NCBI GenBank assembly: GCA_903873945.1
Contig: CAIQQM010000291.1
Location: 20,386-84,385, forward strand
Reading direction: 5' to 3'
Length of the DNA: 64,000 nucleotides
Origin: an uncultured Verrucomicrobiota bacterium
Lineage (GTDB): Bacteria; Verrucomicrobiota; Verrucomicrobiia; Limisphaerales; UBA8199
Position numbers and translations under genes: made by a program
In this document: piece by piece, positions 37,834 to 46,947 of the stretch
Layout of the letters: each line of letters starts with the position of its first letter
Position numbering within the stretch: the stretch's first letter is position 1
Notes under the pieces: model-generated
Told to the model about the DNA's origin: nothing
The model's database searches: none
The model's input: only the letters and a program-made list of their open reading frames with translations

Positions 37834-38925
37834 ATGATGCCGGAGACCGTGAGACAACCCCTCCTCCTCACCCCACCGACCTCCGTTCAGCCGCCACCAC
37901 TGGCAAGCATTATAGTCCTCAACTATAATGGCGCAGCCTGGCTCGAGCGCTGTCTGGCGTCCCTTCACGCGCAAACCATATTCAGCCAGATTGAAATCAT
38001 TGTCGCCGATAACGCTTCTCCGGACCATTCCGACCGCTTGGCGGCGGAATTGATGCGCGACTGGCCGAACGGTCGCGTCATCCAGAATGGCTGCAACCCC
38101 GGCTTTGGCGGGGGAAGCAACCTGGCCGTCAAGCAGACAACGGGACGCTACCTGTTTTTCCTGAACCCGGATGTTTGGTTGGAGCCTGATTGTCTCGAGC
38201 GGCTCTGCCAGGAGTCGGAGCGGGCAAGAGTCGGCGCAGCCAGTAATCTGGTCCTGGATTACGAAACCAACGATGTGCAAGCCCGCGGCGCTGTGGGCTT
38301 TGACCTCTTTGGCTTCATGGTCGGGCCGAAGGCTGGGCAAGTCCCGGAACGCCTGTTTGCCTCCCAGGGTTTTTTCTTCCTGCGGCGCGACTTCTTCGAA
38401 AGGATCGGCGGCTACGACGAGACCTTCTTCCTTTACTGCGAAGAATTCGATCTTTCCTGGCGGATCCAGACTGCAGGAGAAGAAATCGTCCATGTCCCCT
38501 CCAGCCGCATGCACCATCGCGGGGCGGCCGGCGAGAATCCAAAAGGCGGGACCAAACTAGTGGAGCTCCGCACGAGCGATTCCAAACGCTTTTATGCCAA
38601 CCGCAATCACTTGCTCACGATCCTGAAAAATGCCCAGCACGTCTTGTTGCTTTTGCTGCTGCCGGCTTTGGCCTTGATCCTGGCGGAGGGGTTGGTCGGC
38701 GCGCTCCTGCTGCGGCGCTGGTCTTTCTTATCACGCAGTTGCCTGGACGCCCTGGTGGGTTGCTGGCGTCTGCGCGGGCACGTGAGAGCCGAACGCCGCC
38801 GCATTCGCGCGTTCCGACGCTGCGGTGATTTCTATCTGCTGCGGTTCCTATCCTGTCGCTTCAGTCGCTGGCATGAATTCAAGAAAGTGCTCAAGCTGGG
38901 CCTGCCCAAGGTGGATCAGCGGTAA
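37834..38925 (+). CDS. glycosyltransferase family 2 (rhamnosyltransferase-like) with C-terminal membrane segment
   Basis: ASIIVLNYNGAAWLERCL...IIVADNASPDHS...FLNPDVW...CEEFDLSWR. Confidence 0.85.
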   Translation: MMPETVRQPLLLTPPTSVQPPPLASIIVLNYNGAAWLERCLASLHAQTIFSQIEIIVADNASPDHSDRLAAELMRDWPNGRVIQNGCNPGFGGGSNLAVKQTTGRYLFFLNPDVWLEPDCLERLCQESERARVGAASNLVLDYETNDVQARGAVGFDLFGFMVGPKAGQVPERLFASQGFFFLRRDFFERIGGYDETFFLYCEEFDLSWRIQTAGEEIVHVPSSRMHHRGAAGENPKGGTKLVELRTSDSKRFYANRNHLLTILKNAQHVLLLLLLPALALILAEGLVGALLLRRWSFLSRSCLDALVGCWRLRGHVRAERRRIRAFRRCGDFYLLRFLSCRFSRWHEFKKVLKLGLPKVDQR

Positions 38926-38931
38926 ACGGTT

Positions 38932-39359
38932 ATGAAAGTTCTTATCACCGGCGGCAAAGGTCTGTTGGCCTACGCGCTCCAGCAACTGCCGCCAGGGTCG
39001 ATGGACCTCACCTTGTGGGACATTGAAGAGTTCGACCTGACTCGGCCCGCTGACATGCGACGGCAATTGGATGCGCTCCAACCCAAGGTGGTCATCAACA
39101 CGGCCGCCTACAACCCAGTGGACCGCTGCGAGCAGGAGCGCGAGCTTTCCTGGTGCTCCAGAGCCCGGTGCCAGTACAACCGGTCCTGACGGCACACTTC
39201 AGTCCGACGATGGCTCGCCCGGCTTACTCCGTCTTAAGCAATGAGAAAGCCGCGTCCCAGCTGAGCAGTCATTTGGGATCCTGGCGCGCCGGGTTGGCCA
39301 AAATGTTTCAGGATTGGAAACACGCCCCGCCGGCCGAAACGGTTCCAGGCCGCGCTTGA
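38932..39359 (+). pseudogene. rmlD: dTDP-4-dehydrorhamnose reductase (RmlD) remnant with large internal deletion and frame change
   Basis: The first frame encodes MKVLITGGKGLLAY...VVINTAAYNPVDRCEQERELSW, an RmlD N-terminus, and then stops at 39189. A different frame from about 39153 encodes ...LTAHFSPTMARPAYSVLSNEKAA..., an RmlD C-terminus. The total is 428 nt against roughly 0.9 kb for typical intact rmlD genes (from memory). Confidence 0.75.
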
Positions 39360-39492
39360 CCTTTCCGGGGCGTTGCGATTCAATTTTCCCTATCTTTGAC
39401 TTCCTGTGGCGAGCGGCAGACAGGGTCGGAGCACGCGCTTAGCAGTCCGTGACGCTCCCCCGCCGCAAGGGAGACGCGGGTTACGTATTCTT

Positions 39493-40740
39493 ATGATTCG
39501 AGAAGTCACTCATTGCCGCACCTGCGGCTCCGAAAATCTGGCTTTGGTCCTGGACCTGGGGAAAACACCTCTGGCCAACGACTTTCTTCCACCCGAAGAA
39601 GTGTCTGATTACAAAACCTTCCTGCCATTGCGGCTGTGCGTTTGCCGTAACTGCTCGCTTGCACAATTGGCGGATACCGTCAGCCCCGATGTGCTTTATT
39701 CCCACTACGCCTACGTCACGTCAACTTCCCGCACAATGGAAGTGCACCTCAGCGCCCAGCGGGAGCATCTGCTGATGGTGGGCGGCTTCGCGCGACCGCC
39801 GCGGGTGCTGGAGATTGCGAGCAACACAGGTATCTACTTGAAGAAGTTCCAGCACGCCGGTTGCGAAGTGCTGGGCATCGAACCGGCCGAAAACATTGGC
39901 CGCCTGGCGATCTGGGAAGGGGTGCCGACACGCCTGGAGTTCTTCAACGGGGCAACGGCCAAAGTGCTGCGCCAGGAGTGGGGCCAAGCCGACCTCATCC
40001 TGGGCCGTCACGTTTTTGCACACATCAACGACCTGCCCGACCTCATCGCGGGCCTTGAAGCGGTGTCCCACCCGGGCACAGTGGTTGCATTCGAGGTGCC
40101 TTACCTAGTAGACTTTTTCAAGGGCTGCGAGTTCGACACGATCTATCACGAGCACCTCTCCTACATTTCGGCCCGGGCGATTGAAGCGCTAGTGGCCAAC
40201 ACTCCGTTCTTCCTCCAGCGCATCGACCGCTATCCCATCCACGGAGGCTGCATACTCTTTCACCTCCGGCACCGGGAATCCAAGGTTCATGTGCATGAGA
40301 GTGTGGCCCAAGCACTGGCAATCGAAAGCCAAATGCGCCTTGACGACCCGGCCTTCTGGCAGCCGTTCGTCAAGCGAGTACGCAAGGTCCAGGAGGATTT
40401 GCCTGCGCTGGTCCGGCGATTGAAGGCCCAAGGCAAACGGATCATCGGTTACGGGGCTTCCGCCAAAGGCAACACGCTCCTCAATACCTGCGGACTCACG
40501 GCCCGGGACCTGGACTACATCATCGACAACACCCCCTTCAAACAGAACAAAGTGGCACCGGGTTCGTGGATTCCCGTCCGCCCCCCGGAAGGACTGATGC
40601 ACGACCGCCCAGACTACGCCTTGATCCTGGCATGGAATTTTGGCCCCGAGATCATCCAGCGCGAGAAAGCTTATCAGGAAGCCGGCGGTCGGTTTATCCT
40701 GCCATTGCCCGAACCTAGAGTGGTTGATTATGCCCGCTAG
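39493..40740 (+). CDS. NDP-hexose C-methyltransferase (TylCIII/NovU-like; Zn-finger + class I SAM MTase + C-methyltransferase C-domain)
   Basis: CRTCGSENLALVLDLGKTPLANDF (N-terminal Zn-binding domain), VLEIASNTG (SAM motif), and C-terminal GYGASAKGNTLLN...PDYALILAWNF. ATG at 39493. Confidence 0.85.
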   Translation: MIREVTHCRTCGSENLALVLDLGKTPLANDFLPPEEVSDYKTFLPLRLCVCRNCSLAQLADTVSPDVLYSHYAYVTSTSRTMEVHLSAQREHLLMVGGFARPPRVLEIASNTGIYLKKFQHAGCEVLGIEPAENIGRLAIWEGVPTRLEFFNGATAKVLRQEWGQADLILGRHVFAHINDLPDLIAGLEAVSHPGTVVAFEVPYLVDFFKGCEFDTIYHEHLSYISARAIEALVANTPFFLQRIDRYPIHGGCILFHLRHRESKVHVHESVAQALAIESQMRLDDPAFWQPFVKRVRKVQEDLPALVRRLKAQGKRIIGYGASAKGNTLLNTCGLTARDLDYIIDNTPFKQNKVAPGSWIPVRPPEGLMHDRPDYALILAWNFGPEIIQREKAYQEAGGRFILPLPEPRVVDYAR

Positions 40741-41229
40741 CAATAAGGCGTGGGTGCCTGGCCCAACCGGCTTCAGGGAACCAGCCGACAGGCCCTGGAA
40801 GCCGCAGGCTATTTTATTTCGGACCGCTTGGTCCTCCAGGAGGGCCATCTGGCGCAGTACAGGAAGCAGCCGGAAGCTTTCCCACGAGAGCCAGCCCGGC
40901 GGCTGCCGTATTGATAAATTGGAGGCGGGCTTCTCGTCGCGCGACTACGGCCACACTGAGCGGTAGAAACCCGCCGGTGCGTTGGTGGAGGCCCACTCGA
41001 TGTACTCGCAGACGCCATACTCGTCCGCAGTCTGTGTGGCCACGTCCTGCCAGTCGGGCGTGAACAGGGACTCAGTGTTTTGGGGTTGGCACGCTTATAG
41101 TCCTTTGAGGGGATTTCTCGACACAGGTTGATTAAAGCCAGTAACCGGGAAACCGTCAATTAGGGAAGCACATAGGCCAAGCGGACAATCTTAAGACGGA
41201 CTTTACATTTCTTGTCCGGAGTTGAGCAA

Positions 41230-42144
41230 TTACTTTGGAAAATCGGGGTGTCGTCCAAGCCGACCGCGGAGGCCGTCCCAGAGGCCCCGGAAGGCGCAGG
41301 ACAATTTGTGGCCTCTTTGATGCTCAAGGATGGCTATCCGGCACAGTTCAAGAAGCATCCGCGACCAATCCCACAAGACCCAAGCCGGAAACGAGGCCAG
41401 GTATCGGAGGTGCAGCACCGTCCGGTTCCGAATGTTGTAATAGTAACGCCAGGCTGAGTGGATCCGGAACGAAATGCTCAAGCCAAGAAACCTGCGCACT
41501 TGTTTGTCTCCCAGTTCGTGGCGCAGAACCACCTGCGGGGCACAAAGAATGCGGAAGCCCCGTTTCCGCAAACGCAAACAGAAATCCGTGTCCACATAGT
41601 CGATGAACAGAGGCTCGTCATAGAAACCGATTCTCGAAAAAATGTCCGCCCGGATCAGACAGCCCGAGTTTGAAGCTCCCTTGACGAATGTAAAATCACG
41701 CCTTGCCACATTTTGGGCGCCGCCGTCCGGATCGCAATGGGGCACCCATTGGCCGGGAACAATCATCCCAACTTTTTCAGGCTCGGGGCAAATCGCGTAG
41801 GCACGTAATAGATCCTCGAAATAGCGCGCAGTTACCGCGCTGTCCTGATCGAACGTGGCCACCCATTGGCACCCGGCGTCCAAGGCGCGGCGAATCCCAA
41901 TGTTCAAGGCTGCCGCGATCCCCAGGTTCTCCTCGTTCCTCACGAGATGCACCCCAGTCAGATGTCCGACTTGTTCGACGATCTCCAGCGATGTCCCCGC
42001 CGACCCGTTATCCACCACGATGATTTGCCCCACCTGACTGCAAAGACTCCGGAGGTTGTTCAACAGAGCGGCGTCCGGTTCGAACGTGACCACGACCGCT
42101 GTGCAAACTGCGGGGGAAATGGCTTGGTTGGTGGGCGGTTGCAT
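41230..42144 (-). CDS. glycosyltransferase family 2 (rhamnosyltransferase-like)
   Basis: CTAVVVTFEPD...IIVVDNGSAGTS...ATFDQDS...DYVDTDFCLR. I chose the ATG at 42144. Confidence 0.85.
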   Translation of the reverse strand: MQPPTNQAISPAVCTAVVVTFEPDAALLNNLRSLCSQVGQIIVVDNGSAGTSLEIVEQVGHLTGVHLVRNEENLGIAAALNIGIRRALDAGCQWVATFDQDSAVTARYFEDLLRAYAICPEPEKVGMIVPGQWVPHCDPDGGAQNVARRDFTFVKGASNSGCLIRADIFSRIGFYDEPLFIDYVDTDFCLRLRKRGFRILCAPQVVLRHELGDKQVRRFLGLSISFRIHSAWRYYYNIRNRTVLHLRYLASFPAWVLWDWSRMLLELCRIAILEHQRGHKLSCAFRGLWDGLRGRLGRHPDFPK

Positions 42145-42245
42145 TGGCTTCGTTATTCGCCAGCCAGATATAAGCAATGCTCGGAAACGAGTCGAACTTT
42201 CTCTTGAGAGAGTCATTTCTCGCAGATAGTCTCTCCCCGTTTTTA

Positions 42246-44951
42246 ATGATTATGCCACCAAGCAGCCCATCCCTATCCGACGCTAAGAACAGGAAATTAT
42301 ATCTCGCCACCCTCGGCCTGCTCGCTTTGGTGCTGGGCCTGCTCTTTGCGCGGAGTTTTGGGTCCGGCTGGGTGCTGTTTTCCAACGACGGACCGCTGGG
42401 CGGCATGGTGGCAGCTCAGAACCGCATGCCGGGCACCCTTACCGGGTTCTGGTCCGATACCAATTCCATTGGTGTGAGTGGCGGAATGCAGCCCCCCAGC
42501 ATTAGCAATCTGCTCCTGTTGTTGCTGGGGCCTGTCGGCTTTGCCAAGTTCATCGCGCCGTGCACTCTGTTCCTGCTGGGGCTTTGCGCCGCTTTCGCTT
42601 TTCGACGTTCGAATTTTGCTCCGCTGGCCTGCGTTCTGAGTGGGCTGGCCGCAGCCTTGAACATGGATTTTCTTGGGGCCGCCGCCTGGGGTGTCTGTGC
42701 ACAGGTGGTTTGTTTCAGCATGAACTTCGTGGCTGTGGGATTGCTTATCAGCAAGGAGCCGCGAGGGAAATGGGTGCGTACAGCGCTCGCCGGCCTGGCT
42801 ATCGGGATGGGCGTTATGGAAGGAGCGGATATCGGCGCTCTTTTCAGCATGCTGGTGGCGGCATTCGTGCTTTACAACGCCTGGGCCGGGACGGAGGGAA
42901 CTCCTGGCAAACGTTTTAGGATTGGCATCGGGCAGGTTGTAGTCGTGGCCGCATGCGCCATGTTCATCGCCATCAGCACGGTGACCACGTTAATCTCAAC
43001 CAACATCAAAGGGGTAGCCGGCACCCAGCAGGATTCCCAGACAAAGGCGCAGCGCTGGGACTTCGCCACACAATGGAGCCTGCCAAAGCGGGAGGCGCTG
43101 AATCTCATCATCCCCGGCCTTTTCGGCTATAGGATGGATACGCCATTGCAGTTGCCTGAGTTCATGCAGGAAACGTATAAGGGCGGCAATTACTGGGGGG
43201 CAGTCGGCCGCGACCCTGCGTGGGATCGTTACTTCGCAAGCGGCAGGCAAGGTGCGCAGCCTTCGGGTTTCATGCGCTTCTCCGGTGGTGGTAATTACGC
43301 CGGCATCCTGGTTGTGCTCATCGCGCTGTGGGCGGGCGCTCAATCGCTTCGCCGCCATGGCTCAATCTTTTCGGAAACCGCCCGGAGGCACATCTGGTTC
43401 TGGCTCGGCGTGGTGGTCATTTCATTGTTGTTCGCTTTCGGACGCTTTGCCCCGTTCTATCAGTTTCTCTACGCCCTCCCCTATTTCTCAACAATTCGCA
43501 ATCCGGGCAAGTTCACCCATCTGTTGACCTTCGCCTTGTTAATGCTTTTCGCCTACGGCGTTGACGGCTTATGGCGCGGTTATTTGCAAACGACTGGCCG
43601 CAGCACTTCAAATTTGAAAGCCCGCCTCAAGGGTTGGGGATCCGGCCTTTCTGGATTCGACCAGCGCTGGATTCTTGGGTGCACCGCAGGTCTGGGCGCA
43701 AGCCTGCTCGGCTGGCTGTTTTATGCGGCCTCGCGTCAATCCTTCGAGCAATACTTGCAGACAGTTCAGTTTGACGAAAGCATGGCTCATGCGATAGCGG
43801 GTTTCAGCATCACCCAGGTCGGATGGTTCATTCTCTTTTTTGCGCTCTCGGCCAGCCTGTTGACCCTGGTTCTGAAGGGCACATTCGCCGGCAGGCGAGC
43901 GAAGTGGGGAGGCGTCCTCCTCGGCCTGCTCCTAGTGGTGGACCTCAGCCACGCCAATCTGCCTTTACTCATTTATTGGGATTACAAAGACAAATATGAA
44001 ACGGACGCGCCAAATCCCGTCATCGAGATTTTGCGCCAGAAACCTTATGAGCATCGCGTGGCGATGTTGCCTTTCCGGGCGCCGCCTCAATTCAGCCTTT
44101 TCGACCAGCTTTACCGGATCGAGTGGGCGCAGCACCATTTCTATTACTACAACATCCAATCGCTTGACATTGTCCAAATGCCGCGGATGCCGCAGGATTT
44201 GATGGCCTATGAGTCAGTCCTGTTCTTTGACGGAACCACCAACCGCCTGCACCTCATAACACGCCGCTGGCAACTGACGAATACGCGCTATCTCCTCGGG
44301 GCTGCAGGTTTCCTGGATGTCCTCAATCAACAAATCGATCCCGTCCAGCACCGGTTCCGCATCGCTGCCGCGTTCGACATCGTCCCCAAGGCTGGCTCGA
44401 GAAACGCGACGCAGTTGACGGACCTGACCGCGGCGCTCAAGCCGGACGGCCAGTATGCATTGTTCGAATTTACCGGTGCTTTGCCCCGCGTAAAGCTCTT
44501 CGCCAACTGGCTCGTCAGCACCAATGATGACACAACGCTTAAAAAGCTCGCCAGCCCTTCTTTTGATCCCGCAGAAACCGTCCTGGTCGCCGAACCGCTG
44601 CCGCCAGCCAGCGGAACCAGCAAAACCGCCGGAACTGTGGACTTTACCAGTTACAGTCCCAAAAAAATCGTCCTGCACGCCCAGGCTGCCGTCTCTTCCG
44701 TACTCCTGCTAAATGATAAATTTGATCCCAACTGGCAGGTCACGGTGGATGGCAAACCCGTTAAACTGCTTCGCTGCAACTACATCATGCGAGGCGTTTA
44801 TTTGGAACCCGGCTCGCACACCATCGAGTTCGCATTTCGACCTTCACTCAGGGCGCTTCGCATCACTCTCGCGGCCATCGCACTCGGGCTGCTGCTTATT
44901 GGCGTCCTCGCCTTTCGCCTCGGGAAGGGCAAACCTGTCCCAGCACCCTGA
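42246..44951 (+). CDS. large polytopic membrane protein, YfhO/GT-C-like putative glycan-processing enzyme
   Basis: About 900 aa with more than 10 N-terminal TM helices, a large soluble extracytoplasmic region and a final C-terminal TM. This architecture resembles YfhO-type GT-C proteins. The start (42177, 42246 or 42252) is uncertain. Confidence 0.55.
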   Translation: MIMPPSSPSLSDAKNRKLYLATLGLLALVLGLLFARSFGSGWVLFSNDGPLGGMVAAQNRMPGTLTGFWSDTNSIGVSGGMQPPSISNLLLLLLGPVGFAKFIAPCTLFLLGLCAAFAFRRSNFAPLACVLSGLAAALNMDFLGAAAWGVCAQVVCFSMNFVAVGLLISKEPRGKWVRTALAGLAIGMGVMEGADIGALFSMLVAAFVLYNAWAGTEGTPGKRFRIGIGQVVVVAACAMFIAISTVTTLISTNIKGVAGTQQDSQTKAQRWDFATQWSLPKREALNLIIPGLFGYRMDTPLQLPEFMQETYKGGNYWGAVGRDPAWDRYFASGRQGAQPSGFMRFSGGGNYAGILVVLIALWAGAQSLRRHGSIFSETARRHIWFWLGVVVISLLFAFGRFAPFYQFLYALPYFSTIRNPGKFTHLLTFALLMLFAYGVDGLWRGYLQTTGRSTSNLKARLKGWGSGLSGFDQRWILGCTAGLGASLLGWLFYAASRQSFEQYLQTVQFDESMAHAIAGFSITQVGWFILFFALSASLLTLVLKGTFAGRRAKWGGVLLGLLLVVDLSHANLPLLIYWDYKDKYETDAPNPVIEILRQKPYEHRVAMLPFRAPPQFSLFDQLYRIEWAQHHFYYYNIQSLDIVQMPRMPQDLMAYESVLFFDGTTNRLHLITRRWQLTNTRYLLGAAGFLDVLNQQIDPVQHRFRIAAAFDIVPKAGSRNATQLTDLTAALKPDGQYALFEFTGALPRVKLFANWLVSTNDDTTLKKLASPSFDPAETVLVAEPLPPASGTSKTAGTVDFTSYSPKKIVLHAQAAVSSVLLLNDKFDPNWQVTVDGKPVKLLRCNYIMRGVYLEPGSHTIEFAFRPSLRALRITLAAIALGLLLIGVLAFRLGKGKPVPAP

Positions 44952-45085
44952 ACCAAGAGTGGAAGTGAGGTTTTCCTCGCGTCCGCTAGAACCGGACAAA
45001 CAGTGGGCTGGAATTCCCGTGCGTCAGCCATCGGCCTTTGAGCGAGGCGCACCAATTGGTGCCGTGGTTGAACCCTTGGAACGGT

Positions 45086-46057
45086 TCAACTATAAACGTT
45101 CTTGGGGTGTCGCGGACGGCGTAAAATTCCAAAAACGAGCAAGTCTCGCACTTCGACAAGGAACTGCCCGAGGAACCAGGCAACCGGTCCGCTGAACCGT
45201 TTGGCCACACGGACAATTTCGCTCGAATAATCCAGGTTGCCTTGCTGCCTAAAGCGTTTGGCTTTGATGCCGGAACGCACCGCCAAAAGGCCCTTCAGTT
45301 TGAACTGCCGCCACAGGCCGGATTTACTTTTACGAAGCGCCTCGTTTATCTGCATCGTGCGCCATTCATCCGTGATCAATGAATCGATGTTCGGCGCCCG
45401 GGATGAAGTGGCGTTTGCCCCATGCCAGCGGTACTTCGCCAGAGACCGACGCACATGGACAAGTTTGCGGCAGTAGCTGCCATATTCGGCCCAGTACACC
45501 ATATCCGCCAGGATAGGCATATCCATGCGGAAGCGACAGGGAGCCAGCCGGCTGCCGGTCTTGAGCAACGTAGCGCAGTAGGCTTGGTTCCCGATTTCAG
45601 CCTTGCGGCGGAGGAATTTATCCAGCGAAAGCACTTCCACCTTGCCGTCCGCTTTACCGGAGACACTCAAAGACTTGTTGTTTTCATCGATGCGTTCGTC
45701 CAGGCACCAAGCCATTCCGCGGCCGTCACAATCTTCGAGCACACAGACCATCTGCCGGTAAAACTCCGGATCGATCAGGTCATCCTGGTGAAGGATTTGC
45801 AGGTAGTCCGTTTCCGCGGCAAACTCTAAAGCGCGATTGCAATTTCCGTGGAGACCCAGGTTTTGGGGGTTGCTAACGTACTCAACTTTGAGCGCACGAA
45901 AGTCCCGCACAATTCCCGGAGTGCTGTCAGTGGAACCATCATCCAGCACGATCACCCGATCCGGCAGCAACGCCTGACGAGCCACAGATTCAAGGGTCTG
46001 CGCGATGAACTCCTCCCCGTTCCACACAGGAATCACAGTAATGATTTTGGACTTCAT
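45086..46057 (-). CDS. glycosyltransferase family 2
   Basis: ITVIPVWNGEEFIAQTLESV...VIVLDDGSTDST...LHQDDL. Confidence 0.85.
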   Translation of the reverse strand: MKSKIITVIPVWNGEEFIAQTLESVARQALLPDRVIVLDDGSTDSTPGIVRDFRALKVEYVSNPQNLGLHGNCNRALEFAAETDYLQILHQDDLIDPEFYRQMVCVLEDCDGRGMAWCLDERIDENNKSLSVSGKADGKVEVLSLDKFLRRKAEIGNQAYCATLLKTGSRLAPCRFRMDMPILADMVYWAEYGSYCRKLVHVRRSLAKYRWHGANATSSRAPNIDSLITDEWRTMQINEALRKSKSGLWRQFKLKGLLAVRSGIKAKRFRQQGNLDYSSEIVRVAKRFSGPVAWFLGQFLVEVRDLLVFGILRRPRHPKNVYS

Positions 46058-46072
46058 GAAGCCAAGTGTTTA

Positions 46073-46834
46073 CTAAAGCCCGGTGGGATGGTCGAGGAAG
46101 GCCCAGGGCACCTTGAACCGGCGGGAGAGATGGGCCGCCAGAGCCTTAACCCCGAATGTCTCGGTAGCGTAATGGCCGCCATAAAGGACATTAACGCCCA
46201 ACTCCTCGGCCAGCGCATAAGTCCAATGCGGCCCTTCGCCGGTAATGAACGTATCCACACCTTCGTCCGCCGCTTTTTTCAACTCGCCGCCCGCGCCGCC
46301 AGTCACGACGCCAATGCGCCGACAGGTTTGCGGACCGCCAGGCAGAACCACCGGTTTCACGCCCGTAGCGCGCTGGAGACGTCGAGCAAGGTCAGTGCGG
46401 GAAATTTTCACCTGAGACTGGAACCCGATGAACTGGCCATGGTCAAAAAAGAACGGGCGGAGCTGTTTCAGGCCAAGCGCAGCACAAAGTTGGGCGTTAT
46501 TGCCAACCTTCGGGTGCGCGTCCAACGGGAGGTGGGAGCTGTAAACCGCGAGATTATTTTCGAACAGACAGCGCAGCAATTCGTGGCGCTTCCCGGTCCA
46601 GGGATGCGACGGCCCCCAAAAGAGGCCGTGGTGCACGAGCAACAAATCCGCTCCAGCCGCCGCTGCGAGCTTGACGGTTGCCAGGCTGGCATCAACCGCC
46701 GCAGCAAGCCGGGTCACCGTGCCCCAATTTTCAACCTGGAGGCCATTGGCGGCGCCGTCGTAGTCCTGCAGCTCTTTTACGCGCAGCAACCCGTCGCAGT
46801 AACGAACAATCTTCGGCAGGGAACCTTTTGACAT
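46073..46834 (-). CDS. Nif3-family dinuclear-metal-centre protein (GTP cyclohydrolase 1 type 2 homolog)
   Basis: GLQVEN...ADLLLVHHGLFW...HLPLDAHP...GGHYATE are Nif3/YbgI signatures. It lies 15 nt upstream of the GT2 gene. Confidence 0.8.
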   Translation of the reverse strand: MSKGSLPKIVRYCDGLLRVKELQDYDGAANGLQVENWGTVTRLAAAVDASLATVKLAAAAGADLLLVHHGLFWGPSHPWTGKRHELLRCLFENNLAVYSSHLPLDAHPKVGNNAQLCAALGLKQLRPFFFDHGQFIGFQSQVKISRTDLARRLQRATGVKPVVLPGGPQTCRRIGVVTGGAGGELKKAADEGVDTFITGEGPHWTYALAEELGVNVLYGGHYATETFGVKALAAHLSRRFKVPWAFLDHPTGL

Positions 46835-46947
46835 GCGCTGATGGAACCAAAACCAAGCGCCGCTGCAAAGGCGGAAAGATTTTTCATTCTGCCTATTGAA
46901 TTCCACACGCAGCGTTCTATAGTGCGCATCGATTTGAAGTAATCGAA

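Noticed and set aside
45049-45062. Perfect 14-nt palindrome GCACCAATTGGTGC between the convergent YfhO-like and GT2 genes.
   Set aside because: It is a single occurrence with no T-tract, and the stem would be only 5 bp with an AATT loop. It may be a weak bidirectional terminator or chance, and cannot be supported as a feature.
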